From positions 1-64,000 of the IMG/VR virus record IMGVR_UViG_3300031992_000008: a stretch of 64,000 bases of DNA; one strand, 5' to 3'. Origin of the DNA: a virus. Its lineage: Duplodnaviria; Heunggongvirae; Uroviricota; Caudoviricetes. The position numbers were made by a program, and so were the translations under genes. The notes under the pieces are model-generated. The model saw only the letters and a list, made by a program, of their open reading frames with translations, had not been told where the DNA came from and searched no databases. Shown here in pieces: positions 45,011-55,091 of the stretch (within the stretch, counting starts at the first letter, position 1; the number at the start of each line of letters is the position of its first letter).

Positions 45011-45850
45011 ATGTTATTTGAAAAGTTCAGAAAGCCTCTAGACCTATCCGGATTTTTTGAAGGAATTGTTGTTGTAAACGAAGATCCTGAAAGTAAAGGT
45101 AGAGTCGGTGTAGCTATTAAGAAACTGATGCCATTTGCTGGTACTTATAAGAAGAAAGATGAGAAGCAGGAGACTGTAGCTCCTAATTCTAACAAGGATT
45201 CTAACAATAATCTGTCCGGTACTCAGAATGCGTTAACTTCTGTTAACTACTTATGGTGCAATAGGGCTTCCAACAGATTTGAGCAGAACGATGAAACAAC
45301 CAATAAGAAAGCTCAGACTGGCAGCTTTATCATTCCTCCTGTCGGTGCTACTGTATTCGTGATATTCCTTAATAGAGACATCAGATGTCCATACTATCTT
45401 CCATTTGGCCCGTCCGTAGAAGGTAATGAAAAGCTAATCAACGGTAGTGGTGATGGAGACATCAACACCGACCTTATCCATCAGACTGTCAATAAGGATA
45501 TTGTAGGATTCGACAATGCTACTAAGGAATTCTATATCCAGATGAGCGACAAGAGTGGTCTAACTATTAATGCTGATAAGAAGACCATTCTCATTCATAC
45601 AGCGAAGTCTGCTGCAAAGGTAGAATTAGACGATGATGAGATCAATATCACAGCTGATACAGTAAATGTTAAGGCTAAGGATATTCTTGTTCAGTCTGAA
45701 TCTAGTATAACCTTTGATTCAAAGGGAACTATCTCTATCAAGACTACGGATTCTGCTGCATGGGCTCCAAACATAATCCAGATGTGTCCTATCGGAAACT
45801 TCATGCATGGTGGATCTGCTGCCGCAATTAATAATCTTAAGGGTATGTAA
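45011..45850 (+). CDS. baseplate central spike / gpV-like protein
   Basis: N-terminal GIVVVNEDPESKGRVGVAIKKLMP resembles the Phage_base_V OB-fold start (G.V..vD....RvrV..P); TAAGGAG SD. Confidence 0.5.
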   Translation: MLFEKFRKPLDLSGFFEGIVVVNEDPESKGRVGVAIKKLMPFAGTYKKKDEKQETVAPNSNKDSNNNLSGTQNALTSVNYLWCNRASNRFEQNDETTNKKAQTGSFIIPPVGATVFVIFLNRDIRCPYYLPFGPSVEGNEKLINGSGDGDINTDLIHQTVNKDIVGFDNATKEFYIQMSDKSGLTINADKKTILIHTAKSAAKVELDDDEINITADTVNVKAKDILVQSESSITFDSKGTISIKTTDSAAWAPNIIQMCPIGNFMHGGSAAAINNLKGM

Positions 45851-45856
45851 ATATAA

Positions 45857-45887
45857 GTCTAGGTACAAAAGTACCTAGATTTTTTAT
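45857..45887 (+). terminator. intrinsic terminator
   Basis: gtctaggtac aaaa gtacctagat then TTTTTAT. Confidence 0.65.
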
Positions 45888-45890
45888 CAG

Positions 45891-45905
45891 GAACTTCATA
45901 ATGAA
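45891..45905 (+). promoter_or_regulatory. class-2 leader element GAACTTCATAATGAA
   Basis: Conserved element just upstream of SD. Confidence 0.4.
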
Positions 45906-45926
45906 ATTATACCTAGGAGCTAAATA

Positions 45927-48875
45927 ATGTATTTGGCAGACAAGCAAAAACAGGATGCGAAGATTTTCAAAGAGCTCATTAACTTTGCTTCTAATCTTGT
46001 TCTCAAGGATCAGACGACTGCAGATTACTATGAGTCCTATAAATCGATTACATACGCCAATAGCTATATCTCGGCTATTGACGGAACTATGCAGACTGAA
46101 AATGGTATTCCTGTCTTTACCTCTAATGAGCTCAAGGAATACAATGCTATTCCGGATGCTCCTAAGTACTTCATTGAATGCTTCAGGATGAACTCTCTGT
46201 ATATTGGTACCAGCGATAAGAGACTCAAGGAAGTCTCTGAAGCTAGCTTTAATACCAATTATAGTGCGTCTACTGCACCATTCAGAGGAAATGTTTACGA
46301 AGCCAACCTTTATTATAGAACGATCTATTGCAAGTATGGATGCGATCCGTATGATGCAAGACTTGCAGACGATCTTTCTATCATCGCATACAACTCCGAT
46401 CTTATAACTTCTAACATTAATCTTAATAGATTCAATAAGATCTTTAATGAGTGCAAGACTCTATTTCTTAGGACGATGTATAATACGGCGTTCGAAGGTG
46501 TCCAGCCGTATAGAAGTTTCGTTAGCTTCTTCCTGACAGTGATGACTGTCATCAGATATCAGGATGAAAAGCTTGGTGACCTTTCTCTGTATAAGAATTA
46601 TTCCGCCAAGGATATCAAGAACCTGTTCTATAGCTTCGGCTTCTTCAATGATACCGTTATTCCGGCAGCATTCAAAGAAGATGTAGCAAGATCCCTGTAC
46701 AAGCTTATCAATGCCAAGGCTACAGATGAGGCATTCGATATTGTTGTCAAGGATATTTTTAAGTCCGACAGTATTCGTTTGAGTAAGTATGTTCTTGTTA
46801 AGGAATTTTATCCGGAATACGTCAATGACTTCTTGAACCCGAAGGCTCCGTATCATGAGATTGTCTATGGTAGCGATCATGATGATAATGTAACCTTGAA
46901 GTTCTACAGAATTCCTTACGAGATTGAGAACAGCGCTGAATACATCGAAAAGATGAAGGATGAGCTGACTCCGATCTCGTTCGAAGAAATTGCTGATGAG
47001 GATAGATTCTGGTTCCCAAATATCACAAAGGTGATAGACGACCCAGACCATCCCGGAATGAAAAAGGTTGTTAAGGATATTGATGCTATCGGAAAACTAG
47101 TTGCAGAAGATCTGCCTTTCGGAGTGATTGAGACTAAGTTCTTATCTGTCTCATATAAGAATGATGATCTTGTTAAGTCTTCCGAGAAGCTAGCTCTATT
47201 CTTCTCGCTAGTTCACAATGTTAATTCTCCGGCCTTGATGGTAGAATCACAGGTAATGAAGGACACTGTTCACATCTTCGACCTGATGATCGCATTTGTG
47301 TACACCAGAGCTATTCTAATTACCGGAGGTAATCCTAGTAATATTGCTGTCGGCGACCGTTATAGTCTTGATGGCACTAACAGAGAATTCAAGCACTTCC
47401 TGGAAATGCTTAATGAGACTTTAAGACCTCATAACGATCCTCTGTACTTGTATGATTTTGCCAATAAACGTGTTGAGAACCGAATTCCGAAGGAAGGCGG
47501 TGCTATGGATCTGGCCTCTGTGGTGGCTGGTGTGGAAGATTCTGGTGGTATGTCTGTCGAGAACTTCCCGGACAGGAGTGCATTACAAGGTGCTGGTGAA
47601 AGCTTCGGCTTATCCCAAATAGTAACCATGGAAGATCTCCTAGAAGTCTATAAGAGAATCTGTGAATACTTGGACGATTCTGGGTTTGCAACTAGATATA
47701 TCGAACAGGGTTACGAATACCTTAGTCCAGACTTTATTACCGTAAATGATGATAAAAGCTGCAATATCAATTATGACATTCTCAAGCAGGAAAATAATCA
47801 TCTAATCCTTATTGGAGATGATAGAAATAGAGAAGCAGAACCAGATATCATCAGGACTATCTCTAGTGGCGACGCAGAACATCTTCTCCTGAAGTACGGA
47901 GTGGATGAAGGCGGTAATTACCACTTTAACAGACTTCTTACTTTTGGTCTGAATAACTATTTCGAATTGAAGAATGCTCTTCATATCAAAGAAGCACTGG
48001 TAGCCAGTAATACAGACATCAGTAACCAGAGATATGATGGTGAAGATACATACCTCAAATTCTTGAGTGCTAATCATCCAGAGTTTACTGCTTCGATAAT
48101 GAAAATCATTGAAGAAGAAGCTGAAGACGATATGCTTGAAAAAATAGAGGCTATATCTTCGAATCTTGCCAATGAAATTGATGCTGTCTTCCGTAAGTAC
48201 GAAGTAAACGACGTTTCGTTCGGTTCTCTCAATAGTCTTGCTGTAGCTGCTTTCGCATCCTCGTTAATTGGATTTATTAAGAGTATTACGATGCAGATTA
48301 GATCTACATCCGATAATACCCTTGAAGTCGAAATCAATGAGGGTGCTGAAGACAAGATGACTATGATGGATAACCTGTTCTACAAGGACAAGCAGCACAG
48401 GTTACTCACTGATGGAAGCATTCTTGAAGATGCAATCGATCCTACTACTGGTCATGTTATTTTCAAAGATTCTCCGTATCTCGGACACTTCGAACGTGAC
48501 ATTATCAGAGAATTCGATCCACTTACTATTGACGCAGATCTAGAAGCTACCTATGACTACAATGGTATTATTGATATAATGCGCAAAGGAGCCATCGGTA
48601 AACCTACCGTTTGTAGAACTTCAGAGTTGGAAGGTCTTGATCTAGCTGGATACTTGGAATCTAAGGAAGAACTCTTTGCTCATATCGTCGATTACGACGG
48701 TTCCAGAGGTATTCCGGATCTTCCGAATGGTGGATTCATAGGAAGACACTTCAGACTTGCAACAAACGTTTCTAGTAGATATAACCAGAAGCTCAAAGAT
48801 ACCAAGGTTAACATTCCGTTCAGATACATTGATGTTGCGAAAGCTTCTGATTTTATTCCAGACGAAGAAGGATAA
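45927..48875 (+). CDS. large structural protein (982 aa), probably baseplate or tail fibre component
   Basis: AGGAG SD; class-2 leader element; position after spike gene. Confidence 0.7.
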   Translation: MYLADKQKQDAKIFKELINFASNLVLKDQTTADYYESYKSITYANSYISAIDGTMQTENGIPVFTSNELKEYNAIPDAPKYFIECFRMNSLYIGTSDKRLKEVSEASFNTNYSASTAPFRGNVYEANLYYRTIYCKYGCDPYDARLADDLSIIAYNSDLITSNINLNRFNKIFNECKTLFLRTMYNTAFEGVQPYRSFVSFFLTVMTVIRYQDEKLGDLSLYKNYSAKDIKNLFYSFGFFNDTVIPAAFKEDVARSLYKLINAKATDEAFDIVVKDIFKSDSIRLSKYVLVKEFYPEYVNDFLNPKAPYHEIVYGSDHDDNVTLKFYRIPYEIENSAEYIEKMKDELTPISFEEIADEDRFWFPNITKVIDDPDHPGMKKVVKDIDAIGKLVAEDLPFGVIETKFLSVSYKNDDLVKSSEKLALFFSLVHNVNSPALMVESQVMKDTVHIFDLMIAFVYTRAILITGGNPSNIAVGDRYSLDGTNREFKHFLEMLNETLRPHNDPLYLYDFANKRVENRIPKEGGAMDLASVVAGVEDSGGMSVENFPDRSALQGAGESFGLSQIVTMEDLLEVYKRICEYLDDSGFATRYIEQGYEYLSPDFITVNDDKSCNINYDILKQENNHLILIGDDRNREAEPDIIRTISSGDAEHLLLKYGVDEGGNYHFNRLLTFGLNNYFELKNALHIKEALVASNTDISNQRYDGEDTYLKFLSANHPEFTASIMKIIEEEAEDDMLEKIEAISSNLANEIDAVFRKYEVNDVSFGSLNSLAVAAFASSLIGFIKSITMQIRSTSDNTLEVEINEGAEDKMTMMDNLFYKDKQHRLLTDGSILEDAIDPTTGHVIFKDSPYLGHFERDIIREFDPLTIDADLEATYDYNGIIDIMRKGAIGKPTVCRTSELEGLDLAGYLESKEELFAHIVDYDGSRGIPDLPNGGFIGRHFRLATNVSSRYNQKLKDTKVNIPFRYIDVAKASDFIPDEEG

Positions 48876-48898
48876 TTTACAGACTATATTGATGCTCA

Positions 48899-48943
48899 AT
48901 AAAAAATATAGACTATCAACCGATAGTCTATATTTTAAATTTG
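48899..48943. terminator. bidirectional terminator
   Basis: A7, hairpin tatagactatc aacc gatagtctata, then TTTTAAATTT. Confidence 0.65.
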
Positions 48944-48953
48944 GCAGGAAAGA

Positions 48954-49232
48954 TTAGGCATCAGCCGACGTGTCAGTCGATGCATCAGACGAACCTTCTT
49001 CAGAACCATCTTCAGGAATTTCAGAACCGATTGCCTTAGCAAAAGCTTCCTGATTGAAGACTTCGAGGGATTCGCCATCAACCTTAGCAGAGGTCATGCA
49101 CTTGTAAGGAATAGTTACAGTGCCAGCATCGGTGCGGACAACGAGGTCGATAAACTGAGCATCAACAGAATTGGAGTCGTAAGCACCAGCGAAATTCTGA
49201 TCATGTTCTTTCCAAGTAACGTTAATGAGCAT
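48954..49232 (-). CDS. stand-alone copy of the N-terminal domain of the BspA-LRR protein, with acidic Ser/Asp tail
   Basis: TAAGGAG SD; MLINVTWKEHDQNFAGAY..AKVDGESLEVFNQEAFAKAIGS aligns with N-terminus of 49285..50451. Confidence 0.6.
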   Translation of the reverse strand: MLINVTWKEHDQNFAGAYDSNSVDAQFIDLVVRTDAGTVTIPYKCMTSAKVDGESLEVFNQEAFAKAIGSEIPEDGSEEGSSDASTDTSADA

Positions 49233-49284
49233 AATGAGATCTCCTTATTGATATGCATTCATCATTATCTAGTTGTATAGATAA

Positions 49285-50451
49285 TTATGCTTTTCCTCCC
49301 CAGCTGGACGGAATATTATCCAAGGCAGTCTCATCTTGCTTAATACCGCAAAGTCTGAATGTACTATCGTGGGACGCTTTTCCGTAGGTTTCGATATAAC
49401 CATTCAGTAATTCATAGGTACTCTCAATAGAAGCCTTTGAGACATTGCAGCAGCCTCTAAAGGCATTACTAGAGATTGCAGAATTGTTTGCAGTAATTTT
49501 AGGAAGCTTTGTCAGAGAAGTCATCGTGTAGAAAGTATTAATAAGCGAAGGCTGAGCTCCGGAATTAATGATAATATCTCCAATTTCTGTAATATGGAAT
49601 AGTCTATTAAAAGCATAGGTGAAGGAATATGCTTTTGTAGTAATGCTCGGAAGCTTTCCATATACAGGAATATCATACCAGAGATTAGTTCCAATGAAAC
49701 CATCAAGCACAGTAGCTTCTTTCAGATTCCAATCTACAATTTCGACTTTTCCGGTATACTCGATATTAGAAGGAAGACCATATCCGGCTGCTCTCCAAGA
49801 CGCTGCTTCATTATAAATATTCTCTCCTTCAGTTATCTTCAGATCTTCAGGCATTGTCTGATCAAAGTTTTCATCGATAAACAGCGAAGAACCAAGTCCA
49901 TCAAAGCTTCCATAGCCAAATGCTGCTCTAAGGCTTGTTCCCTCTGTCACGCCCCAAAGCCAGATATTATCCTCTTCATTGATAAGCTGCCAGTCGGCTG
50001 CAAATTCCTTTTTCCTTTCATTAGTACCATAATCGTCATCTCTGGTACAAGCCGTTCCAGTAGCAAGCTGGTGATCGATAGGATTATAGCTCTTGTTCAA
50101 GAACTTAATCTTTACCCAAATATCTCTAGGTTCCGGTTCTGGTTCAGGAGGTACAGGAGGCTCCGGTGGTACAGGAGGAACTGGTTTAGGATCTTCGCTA
50201 CTATCTCCAGAATCACTTGAATCATCTGGCTTAAGGTCAGACCCAATAACGGCAGCAAAAGTCTCCTGATTAAATACCTCGATTTTTTCACCATCAATCT
50301 TTGCAGATACGATTGTATCATATTTAAGATTGAAACTTTTTCTATCTTTAGTGAATACAACAATGCTATCTTCCAAGACAGAAATACTCTTGGAGTTTAC
50401 TGCAACAGCAAAGTTTCTTCCATTTTCTTTCCAGTTAAAATTGAAAAGCAT
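49285..50451 (-). CDS. protein with N-terminal duplicated domain, Pro-rich linker and C-terminal BspA-type leucine-rich repeats (LRR_5-like)
   Basis: GAGG SD before ATG 50451; PVPPVPPEPPVPPEPEPEP linker; repeats such as ISSNAFRGCCNVSKASI and YSFTYAFNRLFHITEI fit the BspA LRR pattern. Confidence 0.6.
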   Translation of the reverse strand: MLFNFNWKENGRNFAVAVNSKSISVLEDSIVVFTKDRKSFNLKYDTIVSAKIDGEKIEVFNQETFAAVIGSDLKPDDSSDSGDSSEDPKPVPPVPPEPPVPPEPEPEPRDIWVKIKFLNKSYNPIDHQLATGTACTRDDDYGTNERKKEFAADWQLINEEDNIWLWGVTEGTSLRAAFGYGSFDGLGSSLFIDENFDQTMPEDLKITEGENIYNEAASWRAAGYGLPSNIEYTGKVEIVDWNLKEATVLDGFIGTNLWYDIPVYGKLPSITTKAYSFTYAFNRLFHITEIGDIIINSGAQPSLINTFYTMTSLTKLPKITANNSAISSNAFRGCCNVSKASIESTYELLNGYIETYGKASHDSTFRLCGIKQDETALDNIPSSWGGKA

Positions 50452-50540
50452 GATACGCCTCATTGATATATTTATTAGGAGTTGACTAGGTAAGCAACTT
50501 CATAAAGTAGAACTTAGTTACTTTTCTAGTTGTATTACAG

Positions 50541-50568
50541 AAGAAAAAAAGAAGCCAAAGGCTTCTTT
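50541..50568 (-). terminator. intrinsic terminator (minus strand)
   Basis: aagaagcc aaa ggcttctt with T-run on minus strand. Confidence 0.55.
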
Positions 50569-50960
50569 TATTTTAATGGGATTACTTTATCAAGATCGCC
50601 CAGAATTATTTCGGTATTAGAACCGGAATTATACCAAGAGCTCAGTTGAACATTTTCTTCGCCGAAGCGTTCGGCGAGCCAGTTGTATAATACTTTCGCT
50701 GTATTACAATGAACTCCGGATATTTCGATGATCCCTTCGTCACTATCAACCACTTCATGGTAGACGCTAGCCATGTGTTTATTGTAGTTCTTGGGGAATA
50801 CGAACTTTACCTTTGTCACTGTCTTTGCGAGAAGAATTCCAACGATATCTTCAAGAATCTCAGTTTCATTGTCTTCAAGCCATTCGGAAAGTCTTTCTCT
50901 CTCCTCATCGGCAAGTTCCTTGAATCTTTCAGCGATGTATTTCTTGCAGTCTTTTGTCAT
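50568..50960 (-). CDS. hypothetical protein (130 aa), early-type promoter on minus strand
   Basis: AAAGGAG SD; upstream (minus) ATATTAAATAGTG..AACTTAAC box. Confidence 0.6.
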   Translation of the reverse strand: MTKDCKKYIAERFKELADEERERLSEWLEDNETEILEDIVGILLAKTVTKVKFVFPKNYNKHMASVYHEVVDSDEGIIEISGVHCNTAKVLYNWLAERFGEENVQLSSWYNSGSNTEIILGDLDKVIPLK

Positions 50961-50986
50961 AATAAGTCTCCTTTGTTAAGTTAATG

Positions 50987-51000
50987 ACACTATTTAATAT
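50987..51000 (-). promoter_or_regulatory. early-class promoter box on minus strand (reverse complement ATATTAAATAGTGT, then AACTTAAC-AAAGGAG)
   Basis: Near-identical to box at 8801-8830. Confidence 0.55.
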
Positions 51001-51013
51001 ACATACTCGACGT

Positions 51014-51040
51014 AAAATTTTACAGTAACTTCATAATGAA
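51014..51040 (+). promoter_or_regulatory. class-2 promoter: AAAATTTTAC plus AACTTCATAATGAA
   Basis: Both conserved elements adjacent, 13 nt upstream of SD. Confidence 0.45.
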
Positions 51041-51052
51041 CAAGGAGAATAT

Positions 51053-51544
51053 ATGCTTCATAAAGTAGAGCTCAGTTACAATGTTGGCCCATCCGTTGTA
51101 GAATATTCTGTAACTGGTGATGTCATCCTTTATGGTGATATCCTAGTTATTGAAGTAACACCTGATTATAAGATTTCTGCTCCCGTAAGATCTATTGTTT
51201 CCCTAAAGATTGATGGTAAGATGCTCGATAGATCTTTCCCAAAGAATATAGAAGCACTACTGGATTCTATCCCGTATCCTTCGTATAATGGTAAACCGAC
51301 TAACAAGGTTCACCATAGTTGTACGGTAAGATTCTTTAGAGGCTGTGAAGAGTGCTGTCAGATTTTCTCTTCTGTTATGTTGACAGCCGGAGAAAACGCC
51401 CTTACGCTCATGGACTACAGATTTGTCAATAACAGCTTTAGGTATGACGAAATTCTAGAGCTATCTATTGATGGTGAGATTGTGGAATTTGAAGATGAAT
51501 TAACCTATGAAAAAATGAGATCAGTTCTCAATAATCTAAAGTGA
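51053..51544 (+). CDS. hypothetical protein (163 aa)
   Basis: AAGGAG SD; AAATTTTAC and AACTTCATAATGAA elements upstream. Confidence 0.6.
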   Translation: MLHKVELSYNVGPSVVEYSVTGDVILYGDILVIEVTPDYKISAPVRSIVSLKIDGKMLDRSFPKNIEALLDSIPYPSYNGKPTNKVHHSCTVRFFRGCEECCQIFSSVMLTAGENALTLMDYRFVNNSFRYDEILELSIDGEIVEFEDELTYEKMRSVLNNLK

Positions 51545-51551
51545 GGTATCT

Positions 51552-51791
51552 ATGATATGCGAACTTAGACTCAAGACAAAAGGCCATTCAAAGCTTCCTA
51601 ATGTCTACTCTGTAGCTGCCGATTCTTTGATAGCTATGTCTAAATATTTTACATTTACGACTACTAACAAGACTCCTATGCAAGTCTTCTATGATGATAT
51701 TATCAGCCTTCAGATTAATGAAGAGGTAATCGAAAAACCAAACTTCGTGAAGCTAGCTGACAAGATGCTTCTATTATCTCCAATCGAATAG
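51552..51791 (+). CDS. hypothetical protein (79 aa)
   Basis: GAGGT SD; terminator downstream. Confidence 0.5.
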   Translation: MICELRLKTKGHSKLPNVYSVAADSLIAMSKYFTFTTTNKTPMQVFYDDIISLQINEEVIEKPNFVKLADKMLLLSPIE

Positions 51792-51796
51792 AACAA

Positions 51797-51840
51797 TAAA
51801 TCTCTCTTTTTGAGAGATTTATTTTTTTTTTTATTTTTAT
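51797..51840 (+). terminator. intrinsic terminator with long T-tract
   Basis: aaatctctc ttttt gagagattt then T11. Confidence 0.7.
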
Positions 51841-51907
51841 ACCTAGAAAAAAAAATAAAATTCTGTATCAATAAATATTGGTAACTAATTATTGCAAGGA
51901 GTTTATT

Positions 51908-53350
51908 ATGAAACTAATAGTAGAACCATTCAGACTGATTCTCAGAGATGCCAACGAAAGACTGTTGAAATTTCTAAGATCCAAGCTGGCCATTTATGAT
52001 AACTACTGCAAATGGCCTAAGATTCTTTGGACTGCCATTCTAGAAAGAACTAATGGCGACCTTTTGCTCCCTAGATTTATTCCTAGAAAATATATCTTCG
52101 GCGATAATCTCATTGTAGAGAGAAACAACGAAACGGAATACGCAGAAGATGTTATCCGTATTAACATGGATGCTAGCCCTAAGAATGATCTCCAGAGAGA
52201 CGCATTGGCTTATCTATTCGATGATCTCAACAGATTCAGAGAGAATGTCAGGGTTCTAGACTTACCTACAGGAGCTGGAAAGACTTTCTTAGCTTTGTGT
52301 GCTATTTCTAGGCTCGGAGTGAAGGCCTGTATTTTCGTTCATAAGATCACTATGATTGAAACTCCTTGGATTAAAGATATCTTGAACTTTACCGATATCA
52401 GACGAGATGAAATCTGTGTAATTCAGGGTTCAGATAGTATCAAGAGAGCATACAAAAACAAGGATAAATACAAGATCTTTATATGTGTACACAAGACTTT
52501 TGAAACCATTGCCATGAAGAGCGATGGTGAGGAAGTCATTAGAACAATGTATAAAAATCTTGGAATCGGACTGAACATCATTGATGAAGCCCATAGAGAA
52601 TTACTCGACGTGTTCTATATCAACATGTTCTCTCCGTGTAAAAGAGCTCTCTATCTTACTGCTACACTTGGGCGTGTGGACTATAAGGAAAATGAAATCT
52701 TTAGATACATCGTTCCTGTCACTGACACGTTTAGAAGCAATGTATATATTGCCGATAACAAAATCATAACATACTGTCCTAGACCTTTTAGTACCACAGT
52801 CGATGAAGTTTGGGAAAAGAAGTTCCATAACATAGTCGGTATCAAGCTATCTGTATACTGTGATTATATCATGGCTAACGAAGATATTCGTTGTATGCTC
52901 TACGATGGCATCAAAACCGCTATAGATGAAATCCTAAAGGTCAATCCAGAAGGACAGATAACTATTCTTCTTGGAACACTCGAACTCGTACAATGGATCT
53001 ATGATGGTCTAGCTATAGATTATCCTGAGATTGAAATCGGGAACTTCACTTCCTTGATAGCTCCTAAGAAGCGCATCAATGAACTTAATAAGAAGATCAT
53101 TCTATCTACAGAAAAGTCTATGGACAGCGCAACCGACTGCAACGTTGATAATCTCATTATGACTGTTCCAGTAACGAATGATATTCAGCTGACACAGATT
53201 ATTGGTCGTATCAGAAACAAGGATAATCATCCTGCTCCATACTTTGTTTATGATATCTTTGATACATCTTTGCCTAAAATGTTAAAGAACTTCAATACTC
53301 GAAAGAAGATTATCACTGAGCATTTGGCTAAAGAAGTAAAGAAGGCATAG
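51908..53350 (+). CDS. SF2 DEAH-box helicase
   Basis: Motif I LPTGAGKT, motif II IIDEAHREL, motif VI QIIGRIRN; AAGGAG SD before ATG 51908. Confidence 0.75.
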   Translation: MKLIVEPFRLILRDANERLLKFLRSKLAIYDNYCKWPKILWTAILERTNGDLLLPRFIPRKYIFGDNLIVERNNETEYAEDVIRINMDASPKNDLQRDALAYLFDDLNRFRENVRVLDLPTGAGKTFLALCAISRLGVKACIFVHKITMIETPWIKDILNFTDIRRDEICVIQGSDSIKRAYKNKDKYKIFICVHKTFETIAMKSDGEEVIRTMYKNLGIGLNIIDEAHRELLDVFYINMFSPCKRALYLTATLGRVDYKENEIFRYIVPVTDTFRSNVYIADNKIITYCPRPFSTTVDEVWEKKFHNIVGIKLSVYCDYIMANEDIRCMLYDGIKTAIDEILKVNPEGQITILLGTLELVQWIYDGLAIDYPEIEIGNFTSLIAPKKRINELNKKIILSTEKSMDSATDCNVDNLIMTVPVTNDIQLTQIIGRIRNKDNHPAPYFVYDIFDTSLPKMLKNFNTRKKIITEHLAKEVKKA

Positions 53351-53384
53351 CAGTATATTAAGATATAACAATCAAAGGAGTAAT

Positions 53385-54032
53385 ATGGCTGTTGTATCAC
53401 TTGCCAAGAATGCGAAGAAAGCTTTTGAAGCTGTCTATAAACTGGTCAATGCCTTCTATGAGAAACCGAAGTCTATCTCTATGGAAGGACAATACGCCCA
53501 GTGCAACTTCTGTGGAACTAGAGGGATCAGGGAAATATTCGTTGCGAACTCTTCCAATGAAATTTTCCTTCCCGGATTTCCCAATTTCAGCATAGACATG
53601 GATTTGCTTGCTGAATTAAAGAAACCTAAGATCCTAGTTGACATTAAGGATGGCGACAATTGTGTGAATATAACAAAGCTTGCAACAGAGAAGATACCGG
53701 AAGAAAAGGTAACTCTGTACGAACATGACTGGAAGAGAAAAGAGAATCCGTTTGACTTACTTGATAGTCTTGAATGGGTGGAACTAGAGCTACCCGCATC
53801 TTTTGAAGTAGTGAAATACAACTTTGAGACTGGTAATGTGGCATTACCCGGTGCAGAGGATACTAATGGCGCTGTTCTGTATATCGACAGTAAGATAATG
53901 CCAAAAGACAAGATGAGAGGTACCTGTTATCTCGCTATTGAAGCATATGAAGAAAACTTCATTTATCCTGTCATTTACTGTGAAGGCGAAAACTTCAAAA
54001 TCCTTATTAGGTATATGAAGATTCTTAGCTAG
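53385..54032 (+). CDS. hypothetical protein (215 aa)
   Basis: AAAGGAG SD. Confidence 0.6.
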   Translation: MAVVSLAKNAKKAFEAVYKLVNAFYEKPKSISMEGQYAQCNFCGTRGIREIFVANSSNEIFLPGFPNFSIDMDLLAELKKPKILVDIKDGDNCVNITKLATEKIPEEKVTLYEHDWKRKENPFDLLDSLEWVELELPASFEVVKYNFETGNVALPGAEDTNGAVLYIDSKIMPKDKMRGTCYLAIEAYEENFIYPVIYCEGENFKILIRYMKILS

Positions 54033-54059
54033 AACTAAACAATGAAATGAGAGGATATT

Positions 54060-55082
54060 ATGGCAAATAAGCTTAACAATGCATTCGAAGTCATCAATGC
54101 AATCTATGACGATCTTAGAGAAGCTACTAGAGGACAAGAAGCAGAAGTCGATGATACTATCAAAGAGATGAAGAAAAGTCTCAATGATAAGAGAGAAAAA
54201 TTCGAGAGATTCTTTAATTGGGAGAATGTTACCTTCAAACCATTTGAGGAGCTCGATAAAACAGACTCTGATACAATAATGCGCAATGCTATCTCTAATA
54301 GCGAAAAAGTTGCAAGATACAAAGCTATCGGGAAATACATTGAAAGTGATTTTGCCGGAAGTTCTCTAACCGTTGCGTTGGAAACATTCTCTAATCTGTT
54401 CTTGAGCATCGTTTCAGACTCCGCTTCTGATACTGTACTTGAGTTCTACAATAGCGAATATTATTCGACCTCTATTGGAATTCTGAAGACTACAGCAAGA
54501 GGTTTGCCATTACTTATTCCTGACCCAAGAAAGCCTCATAATGAGCTTATTAGACATTTTGACAGAACTACAATGCTTGGTCTAATTGCTAGAAATGCGA
54601 TCCGAGGCGGATTCATCTATGATGCTTCCTGTTTGTACAGGATTATTGCAATCGCTGCAATGCTATCACAGCTGAATAAGCAAATCAAAGAAGAAGAACG
54701 CGAAATAGATACTCTCGATCTGAAAACAGTACTGAATAATAGGGCATTCTTCGAATCACACTTCAAGCAATATTTCACTGAAGGATATCGCGATGCCTTC
54801 ATCAGCGGTGCTGATAACCAAAATATCAAGAATTTTAAAATTGAAACGCTTAACTCTCTAACATCGTTGGCGCAAGCTTTTGCCACATTAACGGTCGTAG
54901 ACTTTTCATTCTTCTATCCGTTTATAGTGACAAGATATATCGTTAATGCTAAAGATCCAATTACAGCAGGAGCAAATGAGTTCGACAGTGATCTCTTTAG
55001 TCTCAAAACGTTTACGGATTCTTCCATAGCTCTTTACGAAGAAATCTTAGCTTACAACGATTACATCATAAACAATGCATAG
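54060..55082 (+). CDS. hypothetical protein (340 aa)
   Basis: GAGAGGA SD. Confidence 0.6.
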   Translation: MANKLNNAFEVINAIYDDLREATRGQEAEVDDTIKEMKKSLNDKREKFERFFNWENVTFKPFEELDKTDSDTIMRNAISNSEKVARYKAIGKYIESDFAGSSLTVALETFSNLFLSIVSDSASDTVLEFYNSEYYSTSIGILKTTARGLPLLIPDPRKPHNELIRHFDRTTMLGLIARNAIRGGFIYDASCLYRIIAIAAMLSQLNKQIKEEEREIDTLDLKTVLNNRAFFESHFKQYFTEGYRDAFISGADNQNIKNFKIETLNSLTSLAQAFATLTVVDFSFFYPFIVTRYIVNAKDPITAGANEFDSDLFSLKTFTDSSIALYEEILAYNDYIINNA

Positions 55083-55091
55083 GAGAAAACT

